Assembly: GCF_026210795.1 (NCBI RefSeq)
Contig: NC_089430.1
Coordinates: forward strand, 4,960,001 to 5,024,000
DNA: 64,000 nucleotides
Source: Rhizophagus irregularis
Taxonomy: Eukaryota
Direction of reading: 5' to 3'
In this document: positions 1-9,065 of the stretch, one piece after another
Layout: every line of letters starts with the position of its first letter
Numbering within the stretch: position 1 is the first letter of the stretch
The notes under the pieces: generated by a model
The model's input: only the letters and a program-made list of their open reading frames with translations
The model's database searches: none
Told to the model about the DNA's origin: nothing
Program-made: the position numbers and the translations under genes

Positions 1-305
1 TTTTTTGCCTCCTTAAGGCATTTATCAATACACTGTTTACACGCGTCATCAGCCTCTAAAATTTTCTGCCCGAGTTTTTTGCATTGCCGATTGTACACCG
101 TCTGATGTCTTTTAGCCGCGGTTTCTTTTTTCTTCTCCTTAGTTTTCTTTTTGATAACCCAGTCTATCCCAGTAAAAGTATTCTTGTGCATACCACAAAC
201 TGTGCAATCACCATGCAGCCGGTAACGCCCATTTGTGGTCATATCTTGTATTTCACTAGCAGTTTCAGTTTCCTTCTTACACTTTAGGCAGTAAAATCGT
301 GTCAT
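1..305 (-). CDS. Small Zn-ribbon protein, DUF5679-like (3' end outside window; absent from ORF track)
   Basis: Manual translation from ATG at 305: MTRFYCLKCKKETETASEIQDMTTNGRYRLHGDCTVCGMHKNTF..., i.e. YCxxC...TxNGR...GxCxxCG; frame open to window edge. Confidence 0.7.
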   Translation of the reverse strand, partial: MTRFYCLKCKKETETASEIQDMTTNGRYRLHGDCTVCGMHKNTFTGIDWVIKKKTKEKKKETAAKRHQTVYNRQCKKLGQKILEADDACKQCIDKCLKEAK

Positions 306-349
306 CTTAAGATTTGAAGTCCGAAATCTTTCCTTTAATTTGTCGTAAT

Positions 350-1445
350 ATGTCGCATTTAGAGAATTATTACAAATACTACAATCTCTCCGGAGTACCA
401 GCACGAATTCTAAAAGGTGAGGAGCACTACAACCTATACAAAAAGCCCTAAAGGAAAAGTCATCAGAGCGTCCACGAGTAGTTGTATGGAAACCAAATGC
501 GACGCATCAGGCAGATCTCGCAGAGATGCCAGTCGACCCCAAAGGATTCCACTATTTCCTCGTAGTGGTGGAAGTCGCGGGTAAACAAGTCGATGCAGAA
601 CCCCTAAAGGATAAGACTGCAAATAGGGTTCTAAACGGGTTTGTCAAAATCTACAGAAGAAATCGTATTAAGCCACCAACACACAGACTGGAGACAGACT
701 CTGGATCAGAATTCACTAACGACCAGGTACGTGATTTTTCCTGAACAGCCTAGGGGTAATGATGAGGTTCGGCGAACCAGGAAGACACAAACAGCAATCA
801 TACGCTGAACGAGCCATCCAAGCAATCCAGGAACCTCTCCTAAAACGAATGGTGGCACAGGAGTTGAAGACCGGATTGACATCTGTGGAATGGTCAGAAG
901 ATTTCCGTGATGTAGTTAATAAAATAGATGAAATCTGGCAGAGAAATCCCCCAGACATTCCGACAGGGTCACCCAAAGTGTCAAAAAAGACAGAACTTCT
1001 CTCTGAAGGAACACATGTCCGAGTCAAGTTAGACGAACCTATTTCAGTACTCGGGAATAAACTCCATGGAAAATTTCGTACAGGTGACATAAGATGGAAT
1101 CCCAATATCCGTGTCATCAAAAAAATGATCCTCTCACCCGAACAGCCTCCTACGTATCTTCTTGATGGACCACACGGGCGTCTAGGTGTATTCAGATGTG
1201 CGTACACCCGAAAAGAGTTGCAGATTGTTCCAGAAAATGAACATCCCCCACCTGACTCCGTGATAAGAGGGCAACCCAAAAGATTTGTACCTGAGCGGAT
1301 ACTCCGGCATCGCATTAGGAAGGGTCAAGACCAGTATCTAGTCAAGTGGGAACGATACCCAGATACCGAAGCCACTTGGGAACCCGCTGACCGGTTGGAG
1401 GAGGATGTCCCTGCCTTAATCCGCAAGTTTGGGAATAAAAAATAA
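350..1445 (+). pseudogene. Retroviral-like (rve) DDE integrase with C-terminal chromodomain; two frameshifts (~448, ~738)
   Basis: Joined frames give HQADLAEM (D1), LETDSGSEF (D2), YAERAI (E) and chromodomain FVPERILRHR...YLVKWERYPDTEATWEP. Confidence 0.92.
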
Positions 1446-1452
1446 ATATTCC

Positions 1453-2184
1453 CTATTTTTTGTCTCCTCGATTCACATCAGAAACTATCGGGATAAAAAC
1501 ATTCTTCTCATTACAAGTAAGGGCGATATGTTCACGTGATTCATGGACATCATAATTGTAACGTTTCAGACACGTCCGGCTCAATCCAATCTCCCTATGC
1601 TTGTAATCGCTTAAAACCGCGAGATTCTCAGTGATTACACAATCAGGGGTTAGTTTGATTGACACACCTTTTACCATGCCGAATGTCCTACCAGAACCCG
1701 GAGCGCCGGATATGTTATGTGTAATACTCTTGTCGATATCCAACCCTAATTCTTCAGCGGCTTCCCTCTGAATAAAAGACGCGTTAGCACAAGTGTCTGC
1801 TAAACACTGAATTGCTATCCCATTGACCTTCCCATCCAGCGCTAAAAGATCTTTAGTATTCTCCAAACGAGCTATGTCAATATCCATCGGGTCATCTTCC
1901 CTGATATCCTCTTCTTGTTTTTCCTCAACTAGGTCTTCCGGAATCTCCGTACTTTTACGAGCAGACTTTAATTCTTCCCGAAGAATCTTGCGGAGTAATT
2001 TTCTAAAATCTGCAGACCTTAATAAACTTAATGAATCATTTTTGGTGACGGCTTTTATAAGTGTGGGCTTACTACTAGTAACCTTCACAGGAATCTTAAT
2101 AGGAGTCATTTTAACTGATTTTTTTGGAACAGATTTAAGAAGTTTCGAGATACTTACACCCTTATCCGAGTTTACTTTTTTTTT
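1453..2184 (-). CDS. Retropepsin-like aspartic protease, probably made as a Gag-PR fusion by -1 frameshift
   Basis: GKVNGIAIQCLADTCANASFI (LxDTGA-like catalytic motif), flap-like ISGAPG, C-terminal IGLSRTCL; frame overlaps gag end in -1 frame at an A9 run. Confidence 0.82.
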   Translation of the reverse strand, partial: KKKVNSDKGVSISKLLKSVPKKSVKMTPIKIPVKVTSSKPTLIKAVTKNDSLSLLRSADFRKLLRKILREELKSARKSTEIPEDLVEEKQEEDIREDDPMDIDIARLENTKDLLALDGKVNGIAIQCLADTCANASFIQREAAEELGLDIDKSITHNISGAPGSGRTFGMVKGVSIKLTPDCVITENLAVLSDYKHREIGLSRTCLKRYNYDVHESREHIALTCNEKNVFIPIVSDVNRGDKK

Positions 2185-3672
2185 GTACTTCGAACCGCAC
2201 AAATCCGAAAACCACCTTCCTCATCGGGAACAATTTTCAAGTCATCAAAACTCGCGGTATTAGTATCAATATCCATAGCATCATCATTAAGATCGAGTTT
2301 CTCATTGCTCGGGCTAATTCCAGATCATCGCGTCTATCTTTAGCCTTCTGAAGTCTCTTTGGAAATCTTTTAGACGTCTCATATCCCATAATAAAATCAA
2401 TAACATGTTGATCATCCTCACTAGTCCACTCAGGAGCATCAGGGTCACCAGGGTCATCACCAAAATTATGATCTACATAACCATCATCCCAATCAGGATC
2501 CTGATGATCCTGAACAACGCGTGGCCGTGGCTTTGGCCGAACAGGTTTAATCTGTTGTCTATAGACCAGTGGTTTACGAACTGGCTTAGATGCTTGTAAT
2601 TGTTTAAATTGTGCCTGGAAATTCTTGGTAAGTTCCTCGGCTTGTGCCTTGAGCAATTCTTGTAATCGTTCTTGAGTAATAATATCTGTCGACCTTTGTA
2701 TTACAGCACCTTCATGTGGAGTCACGGGATGAGTATAGCCAGCCAATTCCTCTTTTTTAGCCTTTTCAATACCCTGACGCCTTTGTAATCCATAGAACAT
2801 TTCGCCCTTTCATCGCTCAAGATCACTCAATCTATCGATTAATGTATTAAGAGGTGCCGCCCCGATTCTGGAAGCTTCAATAACGTTTTCTGGCAAAAGT
2901 CCTCTATAGAACTGGTCAGTAACCATAATTCGATTATATCCTACAATATCCCCAGCCCTCTCAACTCGCTTATAGTAAGATCGAACAGGTTCACCTTGTT
3001 CCTGGTAAAGGTTACTAAATCGTATTTGAAGTCTTTCTTTCACGACGGTTGGAAAATTTATGCGCATATGCATAAATGCTTGATCCAGGAGAATCCCCTG
3101 TAAGACTATCGGTTGATTCTGGGCAGCAGCATTGAATGGACCTCCATGATCTCCCAACCCATTAACGGGTAGATGAGTAGGACGTCCGCCTGCACGCCTC
3201 CACTGCTCTTCAACTTTAAAATTCGTTCTAACGATATCAGCGCGTGACGGGAAAAATGCGTCTCCAATAGTTACCGCCGCATTAGCCGCAACTAGAGAAT
3301 ATGCATGAGCAGCAGATCCAGGCACATAAGTATTAGGATGTAGTCGTCCAGCACCAGCATTTTCAGGAACAACCAAAGCTCTGAATGCTCGGCGAGTAGC
3401 ACCGGCTCCACCATTTGCAGCAGCTACTAACCGAATATTCGAGAGTTCCCAATTTTTCCAGTAAGTTCCACATCAAACCACCTCGCCGCTTCATCTCTCA
3501 TACAGCTACGAAGAACCCCCATCGCTCGCACCTGACCAGGAGGCGCACCGGCATCGTCCAATGGATCAATACCAACGGTATTAATATACCCTAAAAAGTT
3601 ATCAATAAAAAGATTAAGATCTTCATCTTCCCGACCATGAAATATGGGGGCAGCTATACCAACGGCAGCCAT
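2172..3672 (-). pseudogene. Ty3/gypsy-type Gag capsid protein (~500 aa reconstructed), broken by two 1-nt frameshifts and one in-frame TGA
   Basis: CA-NTD-like PIFHGREDEDLNLFIDNF...LRSCMRDEAARWF; MHR/CTD-like LYQEQGEPVRSYYKRV...DQFYRGLLPE; AMDID motif; frames join at ~3455, at stop 2810-2812 and at ~2302; ends STKKK* at 2172. Confidence 0.82.
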
Positions 3673-4358
3673 ATCGTATTTTGTGGATGGTTGAGAGGAG
3701 GTGGAGGAAGGTTCAATTGTCTGATCCGAAACCATTGTACTTGGATACGCAGAGCGGCTATTTGTTGGAAAAGTCGATTCCTAAGACATCCCAATGTCCG
3801 AATTCCAAAAAGAACCCGATTATTGGCATATACAAGCCGATTTCGTGCCGCATCACGCTTGCCTATAGCTCTATTACGTTCACCTATAGCTCTATTACGT
3901 TCTCCTCTCATAAGATTATATTGCTGCTGAAGACGACGATTAGTCGTCCGCATACCACCAAACTCACGTTCCAATTCAGCCAAATTAGCTTCTAAACCAG
4001 TAATAGTATCTTGTACGTTATTTAGCTCATCTTGTGTAAGACCTAACAAACCCGTTTGAACCTCGAGTTCATCTTGTAATTCATCACGTTCTTTTCGAGA
4101 TCGATCGCGTTCCGCTTTTAATATATCGCGTTCTTCGTATGTTTCTCTACAGCGATGAATTAATAAATTAAGAGCATGTTTAAGACGATGGTTTGCATTT
4201 TGTACATCTCGATTAACAACTATACGATCACTGACAGTTAAAAAATCTGTTAGATCCTTAATTACCGCAACTAATGGTATATTATTCATATCACGCAAAT
4301 CCCTAGGAGGTGGTCCAGTAGGCTCTGAAGGAGTATAAATTGCAATTGGTGTTGACAT
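3654..4358 (-). CDS. Coiled-coil protein overlapping gag start; possibly the N-terminal part of Gag
   Basis: Long heptad-rich region including ERNRAIG tandem repeats (21-bp repeat ~3860-3902); 3' end overlaps the gag ATG in another frame. Confidence 0.6.
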   Translation of the reverse strand: MSTPIAIYTPSEPTGPPPRDLRDMNNIPLVAVIKDLTDFLTVSDRIVVNRDVQNANHRLKHALNLLIHRCRETYEERDILKAERDRSRKERDELQDELEVQTGLLGLTQDELNNVQDTITGLEANLAELEREFGGMRTTNRRLQQQYNLMRGERNRAIGERNRAIGKRDAARNRLVYANNRVLFGIRTLGCLRNRLFQQIAALRIQVQWFRIRQLNLPPPPLNHPQNTIWLPLV

Positions 4359-4389
4359 CGTATTTAAACTAAGTTAGAATAAAATTCAA

Positions 4390-5580
4390 ATGGATCTTTA
4401 TGTATACAATTTGGACGAGTACACGACCGACTCGAGACAGGGTAATGAGTTTGCCCTATCATGGCCTTTCCGTCTTGCCGTAGCAGGAAGTTCTGACTCG
4501 GGTAAGACAACTATGATTATTAATTTGTTAATGGGAGACAAGAAGGCAAAGGAGGATGGCGAAAGGTACATATTATGTGATGCGGTAATTCTAGTTGGCA
4601 GATACCTCGATGAACCGAAGTGGGCAGTCGTATGTGATTTTTTCAAAGAAGAAGAAATTCCGTTTACCGCAGTATCCCATAGTGAGATTCCAAATGTTAA
4701 GGACTTCAACTCCACCCAGGCTACTGTGGTAATCTTCGAGGATTTGATGGATGCGCCTAAAAAAACCCAGGATCTCATCACTGGATTTTTTACACATGGG
4801 CGTCACAAAAATATCTCGTGTATCTATGTGGCCCAAAGATTCTTTACCATTCCCAAGGCTATTCGTAAAAATGTGAATTATATTTCCCTACATGGAGGTC
4901 ACGGAAGTTTGACCGATACTAAGAGGATCATCCGCCAGTATACAGAAGAATCGGAATCACTAGCTCCAGTAATCGATAACCTTACTCTACAACGCGAATT
5001 TATAGTATTTGATCTTAGAAGATCCAAGAGCGATCCGTTATCTATTCGGGTTAGATGGTATACTAGTCTCAGTTCGATCACCGATCAATCTCAGTTCGAT
5101 CCTAGTTCGATCTCAGTTTAATCCCCGTTCGATCCGAGTTTGAACCCAGTTCGATCGAAGTTCAATCCGAGTTTGAACCCAGTTCGATCGAAGTTTAGTT
5201 CCTATGGCCAGAAAGCCGTAGCTGAAGCAAAAAAGTCCTCCCAGCTAATCGAGTTTGCTCGGGAATATCCGTCGCCTAAAGAGAGAAAACACCTTCTCGT
5301 ATCTGGTGTTATAGCTAAGAACGCAGATACCTGGATTAAGTACGTCTTTCGGGAAGCCTACGGATTATCTGGTAAGACCCTGGGATCAGACTTCCAAAAC
5401 TTCTTAGCAAAAGTACGGGATAGGACCACGAAGACTGAAATTCCAAAACCTGAGACCGTAAAGGAGTTATTCTCCCGATATGAAGTCCTGAAGTCTAGTC
5501 ACCCTTTGGATAATAAAAAAATAATAGAAGGCATCGGGGTCCTTTTACAGATCTTTTCTAAGGGTCATATGGACCGTTGA
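4390..5580 (+). pseudogene. A32-like (FtsK-HerA) DNA packaging ATPase with C-terminal extension, split by in-frame TAA at 5119-5121
   Basis: Walker A GSSDSGKT, Walker B VVIFED, arginine finger GRH, sensor YVAQ; ORFs 4390 and 5140 are in the same frame. Confidence 0.88.
5071..5200 (+). repeat. Coding 11-bp-period minisatellite (AGTTCGATCnn) with a 33-bp higher-order duplication
   Basis: agttcgatcct agttcgatctc agtttaatccc cgttcgatccg agtttgaaccc agttcgatcga agttcaatccg agtttgaaccc agttcgatcga. Confidence 0.85.
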
Positions 5581-5626
5581 GCATTACGAGTAGGGATCAA
5601 TAGTATTTTGTAAGAATCTGGCTGCT

Positions 5627-6178
5627 TTAGCAACCCATCTCGTGAAGTTCTTCCGCAGAAGCCCTAAGAATCATGGCACTTTTTTTACGTCCTTCGAAGT
5701 CAATCCGTAACATCCTAGCTTTTAACCCAATAGCTCCTAAGGCTCGAGAAGCAAAGTTCTTAGTCATTGGATTTCTTACATGACTTACATAGTTTTCATA
5801 GAATGTAGTAAAGGGTTCGTCAATACCATCCGGGTATGTATTCCGTAAGAACTGATATAAGGCAATTTCCCCACTGTCACATCCAATGGCTATAAGCTGT
5901 TCAAGAAGCCACTTCCTAGTATCCTCGTATGAATCTCCGTCCATAATTTTCATATCCAGTCTTTGTGTGAATAATTGCGTAAAATCCGCATTACTTGCCC
6001 GATGGATAATCTGGACCAACTTATCCCTGGCAAGTCCCAAGGCTTGTAAAGGTTCACTCTCATCGCCAATCTTCTTTATAATCTGTCTATACAACACGCT
6101 GGATAATCCTCTATATGCCGCTTTTGCAGAGAATACTCCACAGTTCTGACACTGGTTTATTACAATTGATGTTGACAT
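5627..6178 (-). CDS. Element protein whose C-terminal domain is paralogous to the post-helicase (winged-helix-like) domain of the SF3 helicase
   Basis: LYQFLRNTY..PFTTFYENYVS..PMTKNFASRAL.GLKARMLR..SAEEL aligns by eye with helicase LFQFIKDTY..PVQEFYRVYTS..PLSKINASRIL..GINSKVVR..SREDL. Confidence 0.62.
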   Translation of the reverse strand: MSTSIVINQCQNCGVFSAKAAYRGLSSVLYRQIIKKIGDESEPLQALGLARDKLVQIIHRASNADFTQLFTQRLDMKIMDGDSYEDTRKWLLEQLIAIGCDSGEIALYQFLRNTYPDGIDEPFTTFYENYVSHVRNPMTKNFASRALGAIGLKARMLRIDFEGRKKSAMILRASAEELHEMGC

Positions 6179-6305
6179 GGCTATCTTTCTTTGATTATTC
6201 GCTCACTTAGTATCCTTCACAATCTTTTTTATATATTGTTATCTTTAAATACCTGTCATTTGTATAAAAAAAAATAACTGGCATTAAGGGATCGACTGTT
6301 GGAAA

Positions 6306-6340
6306 GACCGGAGGACCGGAGGACCGGAGGACCGGAGGAC
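6306..6340 (+). repeat. (GACCGGAG)4 tandem repeat
   Basis: Read directly from sequence. Confidence 0.9.
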
Positions 6341-6346
6341 TGACCA

Positions 6347-6932
6347 TTAGGAAGCGCAGTCCTTGCACAACTTGTCCGTTAAGTCACTTGGGCTCACAGG
6401 CATGAGACATTCCCTACACAACTCAATATTAAGCTCTGCAAGTCTCGGGGCATGGTCCTCCAAAGTTCGTGGACGACCGGAAGGACCGGAGGAAGGTGTC
6501 CCGTTAGTCGTATCTTGCTGTAAGATAAAATCATCATATTCATCTTGGTCAGCCTGAATAGCGGCTCTGATTTGTTGTATATCATTAAAAGTTAACCGCT
6601 GGCCATCAAGATTTTCCTCATTATAGCGCGTTTCATTGATGATTTCCTCTATAAGCTCCTCCTCTTCATAATGAACAAGGTAGTAGTCCTCAACTACCTC
6701 GTAGTCACTCTCAACCAGTCTATGATACGTTCTAGTACCGTGTTGAATATAGCGTCCTGTATCTGTATTTAAATATACAGGTTGTTCCGCAGGGTGGAGG
6801 CAGTACGGTTTGTCTACGGACAAGCCTTCCATCGATATAATCATGGGATTCCATAACTATTCGATTAAAGGTATCTCCACCAACACGGATTGGACGTCCG
6901 GTTATAGGATTAGTTATATAAGTGTAAGACAT
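6347..6932 (-). pseudogene. Protein with two NPxTGR-type (2-cysteine-adaptor-like) repeats, acidic linker and C-terminal CxxC..CxxC; one frameshift near 6795
   Basis: ITNPITGRPIRVGGDTFNRI and YLNTDTGRYIQHGTRTYHRL; CREC...CKDC. Confidence 0.6.
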
Positions 6933-6998
6933 GTCTTTTTTCTGTACGTGTCTACATACCTAATTGTTATCTTCAATTTACAATAACCAAGTGACATC

Positions 6999-7090
6999 GT
7001 CATCAGTCCTTGTCACGAAACACGAGGATACCTGATGATGAGGTTACATGGTCATCAGTCCTTGTCGCGAAACATGAGGATACCTGATGA
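6999..7090. repeat. Two direct ~40-bp repeats, each a bulged hairpin (TCATCAG...CTGATGA)
   Basis: gtcatcagtccttgtcacgaaacacgaggatacctgatga (6999-7038) and gtcatcagtccttgtcgcgaaacatgaggatacctgatga (7051-7090). Confidence 0.85.
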
Positions 7091-7426
7091 ATAAGTTATT
7101 GGATTATTGGCCTAAAAAGCATTCATGGAAAAACTATGGATTATATTACAGAAAATGTGAACGGAGTTCATGTCACGTGATACCCTGAACAAATGTGTAG
7201 AGTGTCACGTGACTTCATGCGGTACGTAGATCATTTCCTTTTTGGGCGATACCCGTTCCGCAAAAATCGATTTGGTAAGAATGCGTTTGGAACCTTGTGT
7301 AACATAAATTTCCTTTTTCGGTAATTCGGGATTACGCGGTAATGCCGGCCGGATCTAAAAAATATGACTCTGCAGGGTAATTCCTACGAAAGTCAAGTAC
7401 AAAATGCTTACTTTTGTTGAGTCCAT

Positions 7427-7818
7427 TCATACCACTCTCAGTCCCCAAGGATCGCCTCCCCATCTATGTTCACTTAATGCATGCTCTATGGTTTCCCTCT
7501 CTTGGGGTCCACGACCATCCCATTCCTAAGCATTTTCTCCATAATATAAAGCTGATCCTCGGTGAGGCGGTCTATCCATCTTTTATAGAAGTCGTTTACA
7601 TCTTCAAATGTTATCCAGTCAACATTCCCTTTTTCGAATGGCTTTCCAAGAGCTCGGACATACCCGATCGTAGTGGCATAATTTTTCCACCTCTTATATG
7701 CCTCTTGACGAACTTCCTGCTACCACACTCTATCTACCTTACTCACTGCAATAAGGTCAGTATCCGGGATCTTTGCGACAATGCGTTCGACTATTTCTAC
7801 TGGTAATTGGTCCAACAT
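7427..7818 (-). pseudogene. F-box protein (premature TAG at 7720-7722; absent from ORF track; 3' end approximate)
   Basis: Manual translation MLDQLPVEIVERIVAKIPDTDLIAVSKVDRVW*QEVRQEAYKRW matches the F-box consensus LPxEIxxxI...DL...SxVxRxW. Confidence 0.75.
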
Positions 7819-7927
7819 GATGTTATGTTACTTATACTATAGCTATCTTCAATTACTGTATGCCTATTACACATGGATAAAAAATATAGACTAAATTCGT
7901 ACAGAATCGTAGGACCACAGGAGCCGC

Positions 7928-8398
7928 TTATGCAAGAAGTTCTGTTAAGGTTTTCTCAGCCTCGTTTTTAGTAATAGCTCGCTTTGGGGGACCGGTTGAT
8001 GAGTCCTTAGTCGCATTATAATACAATTCGAAGAGGGCCTCAAGCTTATCTAGGAGAGCTTGTTTATTCTTGTATGATTCGCGGATTTTTGCTATTTTAG
8101 CAGTATATGCCGCATTATCTGGGAAGAGTTTTCTGGCCATGAACTTCACATATGATACAGGAGAATTTGCCGTCTGGATTCGCTTGATATACTTCACGTG
8201 GTCCTGGACGAGGTAACTGGTTTTGCTAAACCCAGATACTAATGCAACTACTATAGTATCTTTTAATGCGCGGATAATCTTGGGGACAGTTTCGTCAGTG
8301 ATAACACTAGGTTGAATGCGCGATGCCTCGTAAATAACCTTCTCACTAGTGCTGTCAGTGCTGTTAACAATGCTTGCGAATTCGGTATATGTTGACAT
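7928..8398 (-). CDS. Hypothetical element protein (156 aa)
   Basis: Intact ATG-started ORF co-oriented with neighbours and preceded by the element's upstream motif. Confidence 0.6.
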   Translation of the reverse strand: MSTYTEFASIVNSTDSTSEKVIYEASRIQPSVITDETVPKIIRALKDTIVVALVSGFSKTSYLVQDHVKYIKRIQTANSPVSYVKFMARKLFPDNAAYTAKIAKIRESYKNKQALLDKLEALFELYYNATKDSSTGPPKRAITKNEAEKTLTELLA

Positions 8399-8480
8399 GA
8401 TTCTTTGTACTTTGTAAAAAATATAAATCTTCAGTTACCTGTTCATTCGAATGAGAAAAAATAAATATGAACCTCGGGGT

Positions 8481-9014
8481 TTACACTTGGGATACTGCGA
8501 GGCAGTAGAAGTGTCGCTCGGCCTTTTGTATCAATGGAGAGCCTGGTCTATATAACCAGGGGATAGCGACTTTCTGGATGATCCTAGCCGCTTTATTGTT
8601 CCTTCTTTCTATATATCTCCTAAAGGCTTTCTGGATCATTTCAGCATGATGAGTATAATAGTTGAAATTAAAATGCTTTGGGCAACTATATAAATGTAGT
8701 CGTACCGCTTGATCCATGGAAGCGTCGGCTCCCCATCCGCGATCAATAAAAGATTTACAGTAGGTACAGTACCACCTATTTGGTAGTCGTGATACTATTC
8801 TCCTAATGTGCACAATATAAGCATATACAGCTTGACGAGACCTTGGATAAGGTGGCCGCTTATAACCTATTCTACTACAAGTATCATAATATTGCACAGC
8901 ATTCTGAATGCGCCTAGCCCACGTGTGGAAACTTTCATCATCTTGTCTACCTAATCCGTCGGTGTTTTGCATTTGGGTATCTCGTAAGATTATATATCCC
9001 ATAGGTTTATTCAA
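8481..9014 (-). CDS. Hypothetical protein with a Cys/His putative Zn finger and IQ-like motifs; real start probably ATG at 8972 or 9002
   Basis: WYCTYC...HLYSCPKH; MIQKAFRRYIERR and AARIIQKVAIPWLYRPG. Confidence 0.55.
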   Translation of the reverse strand: MNKPMGYIILRDTQMQNTDGLGRQDDESFHTWARRIQNAVQYYDTCSRIGYKRPPYPRSRQAVYAYIVHIRRIVSRLPNRWYCTYCKSFIDRGWGADASMDQAVRLHLYSCPKHFNFNYYTHHAEMIQKAFRRYIERRNNKAARIIQKVAIPWLYRPGSPLIQKAERHFYCLAVSQV

Positions 9015-9065
9015 TTATGCCATCACGGTATGTCAGTAAAAAATAAACCTACCAGTTCTTAGCAA

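Noticed and set aside
350..4358. A complete Ty3/gypsy retrotransposon (gag-PR plus chromo-integrase)
   Set aside because: Integrase is on the opposite strand and convergent; no RT/RNase H or LTRs; integrase context is Polinton-like
6999..7090. Hammerhead ribozyme (CTGATGA and GAAAC words present)
   Set aside because: Stems I and II cannot be closed next to the core in either orientation; CTGATGA simply pairs with TCATCAG in a hairpin
7414..7806. 130-aa plus-strand ORF
   Set aside because: Shadow of the minus-strand F-box pseudogene, which has the domain match and upstream motif
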